A DNA stretch of 64,000 bases from Phycisphaerae bacterium (GTDB lineage: Bacteria > Planctomycetota > Phycisphaerae > UBA1845). The notes under the pieces are model-generated. The model ran no database searches, was not told the origin of the DNA, and worked only from the letters and a program-made list of their open reading frames with translations. The stretch lies in NCBI GenBank assembly GCA_035528995.1, contig DATKXO010000110.1, forward strand, positions 13,885-77,884, given 5' to 3'. A program made the translations under genes and the position numbers. This document shows, one piece after another, positions 54,681 through 64,000 of the stretch. How positions within the stretch are numbered: position 1 is the stretch's first letter; each line of letters opens with the position of its first letter.

Positions 54681-56984
54681 ATGTACGTCAGGTCTCGTGG
54701 CCTAAAGCGAAACTGGCTGTTTGTTGCACTACTGGCCGCCTGGATGGCCGCTCCGGCGGCATCGGCCGTCGAGGACGCTAAGGTCGCTTCCGGTTCGCCC
54801 CAGCTTTGGCAGGAGACGGTGCGGCAGGTCAAGGTCGGCGATTTCGCCGACGCCGCGGCCAAGATCGGCACGCTGGAAAGACTGGGCCCGGGCGGCGCCC
54901 GGGTGGCCGACTGGCTCCGCGACTGGCAGCAGACGGAACAGCGCCGCCGGGAAATGACCCGGGCCGACTTCGACAAATACATCACCTGGGGCAAGGAACG
55001 GCTGGCCAAGGGACAGATCGAGAAGGCCCTGGATTGCGCCGGTCGGGCCTTCGAGAACACCGCCGACAAGAAGACCTTTCTCACCGAGCCCTGGCTTCTG
55101 GAGCTCAAAGAGGCCGCCCTGGCCCGCGCTGCTGAGCTGCGCGAGCAGGAGGACTGGCTCAAGGCCCACGCGGTTTACTACGACCTGTCGGCCATGTTCG
55201 AGCACGACAAGGAACTCAAGCGACTCCGGCGGGAGTGCCTCACCCATGCCCGCTTCGAGGTCATGTACAAGCCCGATGAGTCCGAGCCGACCCGGCGCAG
55301 GTGGGAGGAGTATCTCCAGGGCATCGAATGGCGCATGGTTCGCTCCGCCCTGTACCGCATCGACCGCAACTACGTCAGCGACGTCGACTTCCGCGAGCTG
55401 ACCGTCGCCGGGCTCGAGCAACTGGTGCTGCTGGCCCGCTCCGGGGCCTTGCAGCAGGTGTTCGACTCCCTGGCGGATGAATGGGACCGCGAGCAGTTCA
55501 TCCAGCGCGTCGAGGAGCGCATCGGCCAGGTCCGCCGGATGGACAGCGTCAGCTTCAGCGACGCCATCAAACTGTTCCGCCGGGTGATGAAGATCAATGA
55601 GGAAACGGTCAACCTGCCCGAGGCCCTGATCGTCAGCGAGTTCATGAACGGAGCCCTGGAGACGCTCGACGAGTTCACCGCCATGATCTGGCCGGTCGAG
55701 TACCGCGAGTTCAACAAGCACACCCGCGGCGATTTCATCGGCGTCGGCATCAGCATCTCGCGAGTCAACAACGAGATCGTGGTGGTCACACCACTCGAGG
55801 ATTCGCCCGCCTACCACCAGGGCATCATGGCCGACGACGTCATCGTCAAGGTGGACGGGCAGAGCACCGAGGGCATGAGCCTCACCAAGGCCGTCGAAAC
55901 CATCACCGGACCGATCGACACCACCGTCGTGCTCACCGTCCGGCGCAAGGTGGACGGCCAGGACCAGGAGATGGTCTTCCCCCTCAAACGCAAGATGGTG
56001 GTCATCCAATCGGTCAAGGGCTTCCGCCGCGACCCGAACGATCCCCAGGGCTGGGACTTCATGATCGATCCGGAGACCGGCATCGGCTTCATCCGCGTCG
56101 TGGCCTTCCAGGACAACACCGTCGAGCATCTCCGGGCCACGATCGAGGAACTGCAGGCCAAGGCGGGGCTGCAGGGCCTGATCCTCGATCTGCGCTTCAA
56201 CCCGGGGGGCCTGCTTCGGTCGGCCGTGCAGATGACCGAGCTGTTCCTGCACAAGGACGAGAAGATCGTCAGCACCAAAGGGGACGGCACTCGCGAGTAC
56301 CCCATTTACGCTCAGCAGACCGGTCCGTTCGTCGACCTGCCTCTCGTCGTTCTGATCAACGGGTCCAGCGCCAGCGCCTCCGAGATCGTGTCCGGTGCTC
56401 TGAGGGACCACCACCGGGCAACCATCATCGGCGAGCGCACCTTCGGAAAGTTCAGCGTCCAGAACCTCGTGCAACTCGATGGCAGTGACGCTCACTTGAA
56501 GCTCACCACCGCCGCCTATTACCTGCCCAGCGGCAAGTCGCTGCACCGCACCGAGGACGCCAGCGAGTGGGGTGTCGAGCCGGATATCGCCGTGGATGTC
56601 GTCCCCAAGGAGCTGTTCAAGATCCTGATCAAGCGTCGCGACACGGACGTCATCGCCCGTCGGGACACTTCGGGCACCGCCACCGACGGTGCTGACACGG
56701 CCCCCGGCTCAGCAGCGGACGTGCCGTCCACGCCGAAGGTGGAACTCGGCGACACCCAGGTGGCGCCCTCCGATGGCGACCGGCCCGACGCCGACCAGGC
56801 TGACGACGAGCAGCCGCCAGACGCCGAGAAGGACGACGATCCGCTCCCCGCCGACCCGAACGACCGCCCCGAGATCGACCCGCAGATCGAAGCCGCCCTG
56901 TTGGTCATGCGCGTCCAGCATCTCGCCGGGCAGAACCCGCAACTTGCCTTCCAGTCGCCGGAGACCGCCGAAGCCAGGCCGTGA
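54681..56984 (+). CDS. Carboxyl-terminal processing (S41) protease with PDZ domain, long helical N-terminal extension and acidic C-terminal tail
   Basis: Signal MYVRSRGLKRNWLFVALLAAWMAAPAASA with a GAGGGAG SD. GLILDLRFNPGGLL. LINGSSASASEIVSGAL. Confidence 0.85.
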   Translation: MYVRSRGLKRNWLFVALLAAWMAAPAASAVEDAKVASGSPQLWQETVRQVKVGDFADAAAKIGTLERLGPGGARVADWLRDWQQTEQRRREMTRADFDKYITWGKERLAKGQIEKALDCAGRAFENTADKKTFLTEPWLLELKEAALARAAELREQEDWLKAHAVYYDLSAMFEHDKELKRLRRECLTHARFEVMYKPDESEPTRRRWEEYLQGIEWRMVRSALYRIDRNYVSDVDFRELTVAGLEQLVLLARSGALQQVFDSLADEWDREQFIQRVEERIGQVRRMDSVSFSDAIKLFRRVMKINEETVNLPEALIVSEFMNGALETLDEFTAMIWPVEYREFNKHTRGDFIGVGISISRVNNEIVVVTPLEDSPAYHQGIMADDVIVKVDGQSTEGMSLTKAVETITGPIDTTVVLTVRRKVDGQDQEMVFPLKRKMVVIQSVKGFRRDPNDPQGWDFMIDPETGIGFIRVVAFQDNTVEHLRATIEELQAKAGLQGLILDLRFNPGGLLRSAVQMTELFLHKDEKIVSTKGDGTREYPIYAQQTGPFVDLPLVVLINGSSASASEIVSGALRDHHRATIIGERTFGKFSVQNLVQLDGSDAHLKLTTAAYYLPSGKSLHRTEDASEWGVEPDIAVDVVPKELFKILIKRRDTDVIARRDTSGTATDGADTAPGSAADVPSTPKVELGDTQVAPSDGDRPDADQADDEQPPDAEKDDDPLPADPNDRPEIDPQIEAALLVMRVQHLAGQNPQLAFQSPETAEARP

Positions 56985-57378
56985 ACCCCTGATTTCCGTC
57001 GCTCCGCCCCGGTGAGCGGCTCTCGATCTTCCTGTCGAGCTGAAGTCTCGATTCGTCATCTGTCTCTTATTCGGGCGCCCTGGTGGCAGTGGCTTGTCAC
57101 CACGCCTTCCGAGATGAAGTATCGAGCGATTCTCTGTTCCATGGTCGGGCGCCTTGCTGACAGAATTGTGTCAGTGCGAAGGTTGCATCGACGCACCGAG
57201 AATCCTAGGTGACAGAGCGGTGTCAACGTTTCCGCATCGCTTTTACCCGGTTTTTGTCTTCGGTCCTTGAATCGCGAGTGGCCGTTCGCTACGATTGCTG
57301 AAAGAAAGAGGCCGGGCGAGTCAGCCAGGGAGCTCTGGCGGCAGGGTCGGTCAGGTGGAGGAGAAGGAGAAACCTTCG

Positions 57379-58083
57379 ATGAGTCGGGGCATCCTGAGTC
57401 TATGCGTCGTTGCCTGTTTGATGATCTGCTCGGCCGCAAGCGCCGGTACGATTGTCCAAACCCAGCCTTTTGGCCCGAGCACGCCTAACTATCAGGCCGC
57501 GCTCACGTTCAACCAGTACGACGACAGTACGTACGCGTTGGACTCCGTCGAGGTCATCTTCGATCTGACGATCGGCGGCGGCCAATTGATCCTGGACAAC
57601 GACGGCGTCGATCCGGCGGCCGGTTCGTTCGAGCTCGGTGCTCAGGGAGTCATCAGTTCGACGGATGTGACTCTGCTGGACGCCGGTTTCGGCCACATCC
57701 CCGCGGATCTGTTGGTCGCCACCGGCGATACGTTCAACCTGGCTGGGAACGTCGGCGACGGCGCCAATGACTTCGACCCCAGCCCGCCGGACGGTCTGGC
57801 CTACACGGGTGTCGCCGGAAACGACGGCTCCTCGGGCTTCGTGAATCCGACCCTCTTCGGGGGTGGCGACACGGGCTACATCGGGCTCGGAACCTTCGAC
57901 GTCACCGCGGGCCTGACCCAGTGGGTGGATTACGGCAGTGTTGGCGGTATCGAGTATGCCGTCAATCCCGTGGACGCCGAGGGCTTCGTGACGGTGATCT
58001 ACAACTACACCATTCCCGAGCCCGGCACCCTGGCCCTGCTCGGGTTCGGCGGCCTGGCAGTGCTGCGCAAGCGCCGATCCTGA
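57379..58083 (+). CDS. PEP-CTERM sorting-domain protein
   Basis: GAAGGAGA 8 nt before the ATG. Signal MSRGILSLCVVACLMICSAASA. The C-terminus reads IPEPGTLALLGFGGLAVLRKRRS. Confidence 0.85.
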   Translation: MSRGILSLCVVACLMICSAASAGTIVQTQPFGPSTPNYQAALTFNQYDDSTYALDSVEVIFDLTIGGGQLILDNDGVDPAAGSFELGAQGVISSTDVTLLDAGFGHIPADLLVATGDTFNLAGNVGDGANDFDPSPPDGLAYTGVAGNDGSSGFVNPTLFGGGDTGYIGLGTFDVTAGLTQWVDYGSVGGIEYAVNPVDAEGFVTVIYNYTIPEPGTLALLGFGGLAVLRKRRS

Positions 58084-58109
58084 CGGTGCTCATGCTGAAT
58101 GAGTTTACT

Positions 58110-58150
58110 CCGGGTCGTCCCCTTCAGTCGGAGAGGACGACCCGGTTTCT
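58110..58150 (+). terminator. Rho-independent terminator of the PEP-CTERM gene
   Basis: CCGGGTCGTCC-14 nt loop-GGACGACCCGG (11-bp stem), followed by TTTCT. Confidence 0.6.
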
Positions 58151-58476
58151 GCGCTGTCGGTGCTCGGCTGACTTCATGACCGCCTACCTTGTCCCCGCCG
58201 GGCGCGTTCGGCAAGCGCCCGGGAGCTGCACCGGTCAGCGCCCAACTGACGGGAACGCGAGCGTCGTCCGTGAAGGCGGTGGACGGGTTCAGCATCACAC
58301 CTCGGCATCCATCAGCCCCCCGGGGCCACAGCAAGCCGGCCCGTTGCCCGATCAGGACGGCTCATACGGAACCGTCCTCGCGATGTAGCTGCCGCGAGCG
58401 ACGCTCGGCATGAATGCTGGTTGAGCACGGAACCATGAACCGGCTGGTGCTCTGAGTCCGGTGGCTGGGCCTCAAC

Positions 58477-60300
58477 GTGATCGTCCTGGCTTGGGCGGTC
58501 CCGGCGGCCTGCGCCGGGACTATCCATGTGGACGACGACGCCCCGCCGGGGGGCGACGGTCTCACCTGGAACTCGGCCTTCACCGATCTCCAGGACGCGT
58601 TGGACGCCGCCACGAACGGCACGCAGATACGCGTGGCCGAGGGAATCTACAGGCCCGATCGCGGGAGCGGCGACCGCACGGCCACCTTCCAACTGCTCGG
58701 CGGCGTGGCCCTCTACGGCGGCTACGCCGGGTTCGGAGCCCCGGACCCCGACGCGCGGGACGTGAATGCCTGCACCACCACTCTCAGTGGCGACCTGGGC
58801 TGCGATGATGGCCCCGACTTCACCAACATCGCGGAGAACAGCTACCACGTGGTGACCGGCAGCGGGACCGATCCCAGCGCCGTCCTGGATGGCCTGACCA
58901 TCGAGGGCGGCAACGCCGACGGCTACGAATCGTCCCTCGGTTACGGCGCGGGCCTGTACTGTTGGAGCGGCAGCCCGACGCTGGCCAACTGCACCATCCA
59001 CCGGAACTGGGCCGCGGACCGGGGCGGTGGGATGTACAACCAGTTCGGCGCTCCGACCCTCACCGCGTGCACCTTCACCGGGAACCGGGCTGCCTACGGC
59101 GGCGGCATGCGCAACCACGGCGGCAGCCCGACTCTCAGCCGCTGCGTCTTCCTGGACAACACTTCGGATTACGGCGGCGGGATGTACAACTACTCCGCCG
59201 CCCCGACGCTGAACGGCTGCACCTTCCGACGGAACTGGGCCCTGTTCGGTGGCGGAATGTACAACGACGACGGCAGCGTCACGCTGGTCAACTGTCTCTT
59301 CAGCGGAAACGAAGCCGCATCCGATGGCGGCGGCCTGTGGATCCTCAATAACGGCAGCAGCCCCGCCGTGATCAACTGCACCCTGCGCGAGAACCATGCG
59401 GACGGAGGCGGCGGCGGGATATGGATCATCGACTTCGCCGATGACATGACCGTCGCAAACAGCATCCTATGGGGCAATCACGACAGCGGCGGAACGGACG
59501 AGTCGGCCCAGATCACCAGGCAGAACGGCGACCCTACCTACATGAGCTACTGCTGTCTCCAGGGTTGGACCGGGGACTGGGGCGGGGTCGCCAACGCCGG
59601 TGACGATCCCTTGTTTGTCGACGGCGACGGACCGGATCAGGTCCCCGGAACCGCCGACGACAACCTGCGACTCGCCGCCGGTTCGCCCTACATTGACTCC
59701 GCCGACAACCAGGCCGTGCCCCTCTGGGTGACAACCGACCTGACCGACGCTCCGAGGTTCCAGGACGATCCCGTCACCGCCGACAGCGGCAGCGGGGCTC
59801 CTCCCCTCGTGGACCGAGGCGCCCACGAGTACGACCCGGCCGACTGCAACGGCAACGGCCTCCCCGACGTCCAGGACCTCGCCGGCGCCACCAGCCAGGA
59901 CTGCAACACCAACGGGACCCCGGATGAGTGCGACGTCTCCCGCCTGGACTGCAACACCAACGGGACGCCCGACGACTGCGAACCCGATTTCGACGGCGAT
60001 TCCACGCCGGACGATTGCGATCCGGACATGGACGGCGACGGAGTGCCCAACACCGCCGACCTATGCAACTTCACCCCGCCCGGGCAGGACGTCAACCCGC
60101 TCGGCGGGCCGATGGGCGACCTCGACGACGACTGTGACGTGGACCTGGACGACTACTTCTTCTTCCAGGTCTGCCTGTCGTTGTCCGGCCCCGGCGGCAA
60201 CCCCGGCTTCCAGGACTGCTTTGACGTCTTTGACTTCGATCACGACGCGGACGTGGACCTGGCCGATTTCGCCGGCTTCCAGCGAGCTCCCTTGCACTAG
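58477..60300 (+). CDS. Secreted right-handed beta-helix protein with TSP3-like Asp/Cys repeats and a dockerin-like tail
   Basis: Repeats GGGMYN / GGGMRN / GGGLWI. DCNGNGLPDVQD, DCNTNGTPDECD, DCNTNGTPDDCEPDFDGDSTPDDCDPDMDGDGVPN. Tail DLDDDCDVDLDDYFFFQVC...FDFDHDADVDLADFAGFQ. The GTG start leaves only a 13-aa signal. An in-frame ATG at 58435 is separated from it by TGA 58453-58455. Confidence 0.7.
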   Translation: MIVLAWAVPAACAGTIHVDDDAPPGGDGLTWNSAFTDLQDALDAATNGTQIRVAEGIYRPDRGSGDRTATFQLLGGVALYGGYAGFGAPDPDARDVNACTTTLSGDLGCDDGPDFTNIAENSYHVVTGSGTDPSAVLDGLTIEGGNADGYESSLGYGAGLYCWSGSPTLANCTIHRNWAADRGGGMYNQFGAPTLTACTFTGNRAAYGGGMRNHGGSPTLSRCVFLDNTSDYGGGMYNYSAAPTLNGCTFRRNWALFGGGMYNDDGSVTLVNCLFSGNEAASDGGGLWILNNGSSPAVINCTLRENHADGGGGGIWIIDFADDMTVANSILWGNHDSGGTDESAQITRQNGDPTYMSYCCLQGWTGDWGGVANAGDDPLFVDGDGPDQVPGTADDNLRLAAGSPYIDSADNQAVPLWVTTDLTDAPRFQDDPVTADSGSGAPPLVDRGAHEYDPADCNGNGLPDVQDLAGATSQDCNTNGTPDECDVSRLDCNTNGTPDDCEPDFDGDSTPDDCDPDMDGDGVPNTADLCNFTPPGQDVNPLGGPMGDLDDDCDVDLDDYFFFQVCLSLSGPGGNPGFQDCFDVFDFDHDADVDLADFAGFQRAPLH

Positions 60301-60769
60301 CCGCGCTGCGTCTCAACCCGGCCCATCTGCCGTCCAGCCACGGTCGACTCATCCGATGCCGGACCGTGCCGGACCGCGGCAGGCGGCTCCCAGACCTCCG
60401 GTTGGGCAGAATTCAGCGTACCGCCCCGCCGAGGCCGCAGGCCTGCGGCGCCACGGCCGGGCCTCCCCCGGGGTGCGTGACGGTTTAGGTAGGTGCCCCT
60501 GGCAGCTTGCCTGCCAGTGTGTGTGCTCCAGGCGCCCACCCGAGAGACCGCACGGGCGGACGAGCCGCCCGTGGCGCCCCAAACCGAATGCCGCCGGAAG
60601 TGTCACGGCCCCCCTGCTCCGGCCGGCCCGCTGGGGGGCTGGCATCCCGGCGGGCCCGCCCGTACAATTTTTGATTCGCCGTTTCCGGTATGTGCGGCCC
60701 CGCAGTGCCGGCGCCGCATCACCGGCCTGAAGAACTTCGAGAGCCTTCGACAGCGGGCGGGAGGATTCC

Positions 60770-62788
60770 ATGGCAGTCTTTGGCGTTCAGGATTACCGCA
60801 ACATTGCGCTCGTCGGGCATGGCGGCGCCGGGAAGACCACGCTCGCCGAAGCCTGTCTCCTCCGGGCCGGCGTCACCAAACGGCAGGGCAGCGTTCCGGA
60901 TGGCACTTCCATCCTCGACTACATGGACGAGGAGAAGGAGAAGGGTTGCTCGTTGGACTCGGCCGTGTGTTCGATGGTACACGGTGGCAAGCATATCAAC
61001 CTGATCGATACGCCCGGCTCGACCGACTTCTGTGGGCAGGCCATCGTTTCCCTGGCCGCCGTTGAGACGGCGGTCCTGGTGGTCTCGGCTGGGGCGGGCA
61101 TAGAGGTCAACACCCGCAAGATGATGCAGCGGGCGGGCGATTTCGGCTTGGCCCGTATGATCGTGATCAACAAGATCGACGCGGAGAACGCCAATCTCGA
61201 GGAGCTCTTTGAACAACTCCGCGAGGTCTTCGGACCCGAATGCGTGCCGATCAATCTCACCTCGGGCAACCGATCGGCCGTGGTGGACTGTTTGGCTGGA
61301 GGCGGTGGCGACGTTGATTTCGGTAGCGCCGGATCGGCCCACGAAGCAGTCCTGGAGGCGATCGTCGGTGTCGATGACGACCTGATGGAGAAGTACCTTG
61401 GCGGCGAGGCCGAAGAGGCCGCCGTCCTGGCCGAAGCCCCTGCGGCCTTGGCCGCCGGCGTGATGGTCCCCATCCTGTTCACCAACGCAAAGGACGGGGT
61501 CGGCGTCTCCGAGTTGCTCGACGCCATCGTCAGGCTGGCTCCGGACCCGACCGTCGGCAAGAAACGCGTCCTGACCGACGGCGACAGCGAGACGGAGATC
61601 GTCCCTTCCGCCGAGGGTGCCTTCCTGGGCCAGGTCTTTAAGAACGCCACCGATCCCAAGAGCCACATCAAGTACTCGCTCATCCGCGTCTTGAGCGGCC
61701 GCCTGACCAGCGACCAGAGCATCAAGACGCTGGCCGAGCATAAGGGCATGCGCCCGGGGCAGATCCTGCGCTTCCGTGGCATGGAACACGAGGACCTCGA
61801 AGCCGGTGTCGCCGGAGATATCATCGCCCTGGCCAGACTCGACCTGCACATCGGCGACGTGGTCTACACGGCCAACGGTGGCAAAATCCAGATGCCCTCG
61901 GTGCCTAACCCCATGTTCGCCCTGGCCATCGAACCCAAGGCCAGAGGCGATGAGGACAAGATATCGGCCGCCCTCAAACGCTTTGCCGACGAGGACCCCT
62001 GTTTCAAGGTCGATCGAAGCACCGCCACCAAGGAGATGGTCGTCCGCGGCGTCGGCGACATGCATCTGCGAACGGTCCTGGCCCGCATGGCCCACTACTA
62101 CAAAGTCGACGTCGAGACCCACACGCCCAGGATTCCTTATCACGAAACCATCACCGCCGGCGTCAATGACGTTGAGTACACCCACAAGAAACAGACGGGC
62201 GGGGCCGGTCAATTCGCACGCGTGGTGGTCAACCTCGTCCCCGCGGAACGTGGCGAGGGATACGAGTTCGTCGACAAGATCTTCGGCGGGGCCATCGATC
62301 AATCTTTTCGGCCCAGTGTGGACAAGGGTGTCAGGGCCCAGATGGCCGAGGGCGTGCTGGCCGGCTACCCCGTTGTCGACGTGAAGGTCGAACTCATCGA
62401 CGGAAAGACACACCCGGTGGACAGCAAGGACATCGCCTTCCAGATCGCCGGGCGGGGGGTCTTCAAGTACGCCTTTATGAAGGCCAAGCCGGTCCTCCTG
62501 GAGCCGATCGTGACCGTCGAAGTCACGGCCCCCACCGAGAACGTCGGTGATCTCCAGGGCGACCTGGCGAGTCGGCGAGGGCGGCCGCAGGGCCAGGATG
62601 TCCTACCAGGGGGCTTTGCCGTTATCCGGGCACTGGTGCCGTTGGCTGAACTGGCCGAGTACCACTCACGGCTGTCCAGCATCACCGGCGGGCGCGGCAG
62701 CTACGCGATGGAGTTCTCACACTACGAGACCGTGCCCAGTAACGTCCAGCAGCAGATCGTGGCCGCGGCCCGCAAGCCGACGGAGTAG
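60770..62788 (+). CDS. Elongation factor G paralog (EF-G2-like translational GTPase)
   Basis: G1 VGHGGAGKTT, G3 LIDTPGSTDF, G4 VINKID. EF-G domains II-V are recognisable (HKKQTGGAGQFA, EPIVTVEV). GGGAGG lies 6 nt before the ATG. There are no ribosomal protein genes or tuf next to it. Confidence 0.85.
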   Translation: MAVFGVQDYRNIALVGHGGAGKTTLAEACLLRAGVTKRQGSVPDGTSILDYMDEEKEKGCSLDSAVCSMVHGGKHINLIDTPGSTDFCGQAIVSLAAVETAVLVVSAGAGIEVNTRKMMQRAGDFGLARMIVINKIDAENANLEELFEQLREVFGPECVPINLTSGNRSAVVDCLAGGGGDVDFGSAGSAHEAVLEAIVGVDDDLMEKYLGGEAEEAAVLAEAPAALAAGVMVPILFTNAKDGVGVSELLDAIVRLAPDPTVGKKRVLTDGDSETEIVPSAEGAFLGQVFKNATDPKSHIKYSLIRVLSGRLTSDQSIKTLAEHKGMRPGQILRFRGMEHEDLEAGVAGDIIALARLDLHIGDVVYTANGGKIQMPSVPNPMFALAIEPKARGDEDKISAALKRFADEDPCFKVDRSTATKEMVVRGVGDMHLRTVLARMAHYYKVDVETHTPRIPYHETITAGVNDVEYTHKKQTGGAGQFARVVVNLVPAERGEGYEFVDKIFGGAIDQSFRPSVDKGVRAQMAEGVLAGYPVVDVKVELIDGKTHPVDSKDIAFQIAGRGVFKYAFMKAKPVLLEPIVTVEVTAPTENVGDLQGDLASRRGRPQGQDVLPGGFAVIRALVPLAELAEYHSRLSSITGGRGSYAMEFSHYETVPSNVQQQIVAAARKPTE

Positions 62789-62924
62789 AAACGGTCCCGG
62801 TCGGGGTTGTCCCGGAACCACCCGCCGCGGTGTCGCGAAATGTTGATCTAACTTGCTTTTTTCCGTTCTCAGTTCTGATGCCGCCCCTGGAGACCCTGGA
62901 AAGCCGTTTTTCTCGGAATTTGAT

Positions 62925-62953
62925 TTGCCTCGCGCACGTAGCAGGTCTAGACT
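62925..62953 (+). promoter_or_regulatory. Sigma70-like promoter (TTGCCT-17 nt-TAGACT) with no downstream CDS
   Basis: -35 at 62925-62930, -10 at 62948-62953, in a locally AT-richer stretch. Confidence 0.4.
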
Positions 62954-62959
62954 TTCTGC

Positions 62960-63065
62960 GGTTTGAGAGATAGCAGACCACCGCCTTCGGCGTGTGCAAT
63001 AGAGCTTTTCCCCTCCGGAAAGCACCGGGCTGATCCCTGAAAAAAGGATTGCCCGGTGTTTTCTT
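62960..63065 (+). ncRNA. Candidate small RNA (about 105 nt) bounded by the promoter above and an intrinsic terminator
   Basis: Terminator CACCGGGC-tgATCCctgaaaaaaGGATt-GCCCGGTG at 63023-63058, followed by TTTTCTT. No ORF with a start codon and SD inside. The family is not recognised. Confidence 0.4.
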
Positions 63066-63387
63066 GCGCTTCCGGCTTCTGCCTCCCCGGCCAAGTGGAG
63101 CGGACGGCTGCGGCAAGGTGATACCGGTTCCGCCATGAGCTTGCCGATTCACGAGCCGCGGGCTTCGGCGCGGCCTATGTCCTCAGAGAGATGCCGATTC
63201 GGCGGGCACTCAACCGGCATGAACGGACTGTAAGAGGTATGAGAAGGCTGGCCGGGATCGCCTGTCGAGGTCTGCCCGCTTCCCTCTCCCACGCAGCCGA
63301 TAGGCTCCGGCCGAGCGGCGCCCCGATCCGCGTTCCTGCCCAGCCGACAGGGACAGACATGTTGCCCCGGGATTCGACCCGCGGCCC

Positions 63388-63999
63388 TCACAGGCTTTCG
63401 ACGAACAGAGAACGCTTCCGCAAGGTGCGTACGCAGTTGCGGATCGTCTCGGCCACCTCCTCGCTCTGCTGCACGCCCTCGATGCGGATCGTTCGATCAC
63501 TCACGTCCGTGCTGAGCACTTCGACCGAGCCAACCCCTAAGATCATTCCTACAAGAGACTTGTGGACTCGGACATCGTCGACGCGGATCAGTTCGGTCTG
63601 ATCGATGGTCCGGCTGAGAATCCCGCGGTCGATGAACAGACGCTCGCTGGTCAGCCGGTATCGTTGGGCGAGAACGGCGCGCAGGACCCGGCAGGCGATG
63701 TACGCGCCCAGGCACAGGATCACGATCAGCACGATTCCAAACGCCGTGCGTCCGCTCAGAGCCTCCCACTTGGCGGCCATCCAGCCCATGAGCGCCGCCA
63801 GGAGCACCGAGCCGGCAGACCACGCCGCGATCAGCCCGGCGAAGTGCTTCCAACTGGTTCGCCCGCTCCAGAGCACCTCCTCGTCCGGTGCCGCGGCCCG
63901 GTTCGGCCGCTGCCCCGGCCCTGTGGCAGGAGACTGTGCCCCAGTCGGGCTCGGCGTGGCGTCGGGCTGGCGCGGGCTGTGCGGCGGCTGGTCATCGTT
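63388..63999 (-). CDS. Bacterial PH-domain (bPH_2, YdbS/YdbT-like) membrane protein, 5'-truncated by the window edge
   Basis: Two TM helices, then RYRLTSERLFIDRGILSRTIDQTELIRVDDVRVHKSLVGMILGVGSVEV. The frame remains open upstream of the GTG at 63876 to the window end (Pro/Ala-rich N-terminus). Confidence 0.7.
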   Translation of the reverse strand, partial: NDDQPPHSPRQPDATPSPTGAQSPATGPGQRPNRAAAPDEEVLWSGRTSWKHFAGLIAAWSAGSVLLAALMGWMAAKWEALSGRTAFGIVLIVILCLGAYIACRVLRAVLAQRYRLTSERLFIDRGILSRTIDQTELIRVDDVRVHKSLVGMILGVGSVEVLSTDVSDRTIRIEGVQQSEEVAETIRNCVRTLRKRSLFVESL

Positions 64000-64000
64000 G

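Noticed and set aside
58453-58520. Selenocysteine recoding of the in-frame TGA (a CCCGGCG-gcctg-CGCCGGG hairpin lies downstream)
   Set aside because: The hairpin starts about 44 nt after the TGA, which is too far for a bacterial SECIS. It lacks the usual apical features. A Sec inside a cleaved signal peptide makes no functional sense.
63355-63387. GGGTCGAATCCC T-arm-like sequence on the minus strand just downstream of the PH-domain gene
   Set aside because: It has only a 4-bp stem and a 6-nt loop. No other tRNA arms are present. It is probably just a terminator-like hairpin.

Overview
This is a gene-dense bacterial chromosomal segment with high GC. My hand counts give about 75% G+C in a 60-nt sample of a core gene. 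I recognise no rRNA, functional tRNA, CRISPR array, transposase, integrase or known defence gene. The gene content points to a Planctomycetota/Phycisphaerae-like organism, which is inference only. It includes a PEP-CTERM protein, DUF1559/pseudopilin-like domains, dockerin/EF-hand-like tails, a BNR propeller, a sulfatase-fold lipoprotein and many lipobox or Sec/Tat signals. I support about 42 CDS. Housekeeping genes are purQ, a PurS-PurS-PurL fusion, uvrA, nadB, an EF-G paralog, an NhaC transporter and a Ctp/S41 protease. Signalling genes are REC-GAF-HD-GYP, FIST and HDOD proteins. There is also a large exported proteome. Many long ORFs in the six-frame track are antisense artefacts of the high GC content and are rejected. 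I found no defence-like or otherwise clearly novel system. The items most worth a second look are listed here.
1. A class-III aminotransferase whose Schiff-base lysine is replaced by glycine. It sits divergently next to a single-chain (PreT-PreA fused) dihydropyrimidine dehydrogenase.
2. A lower-GC three-gene operon of exported proteins, flanked by a 12-bp inverted repeat.
3. Two adjacent Sec-signal proteins that carry C-terminal GspG/DUF1559-type pseudopilin domains but no prepilin leader.
4. Tandem paralogs of a 2-TM plus C4 zinc-ribbon protein. The distal copy reads into the 3' remnant of an alpha/beta-hydrolase gene.
5. A 1.08-kb non-coding region with a near-consensus promoter and a roughly 375-nt leader. 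It lies in front of a Cys-rich-repeat plus RTX surface protein.
6. An orphan promoter-terminator unit predicting a roughly 105-nt sRNA.
7. An in-frame TGA inside what would otherwise be a good signal peptide.
8. A dockerin-like twin module shared by four secreted proteins.
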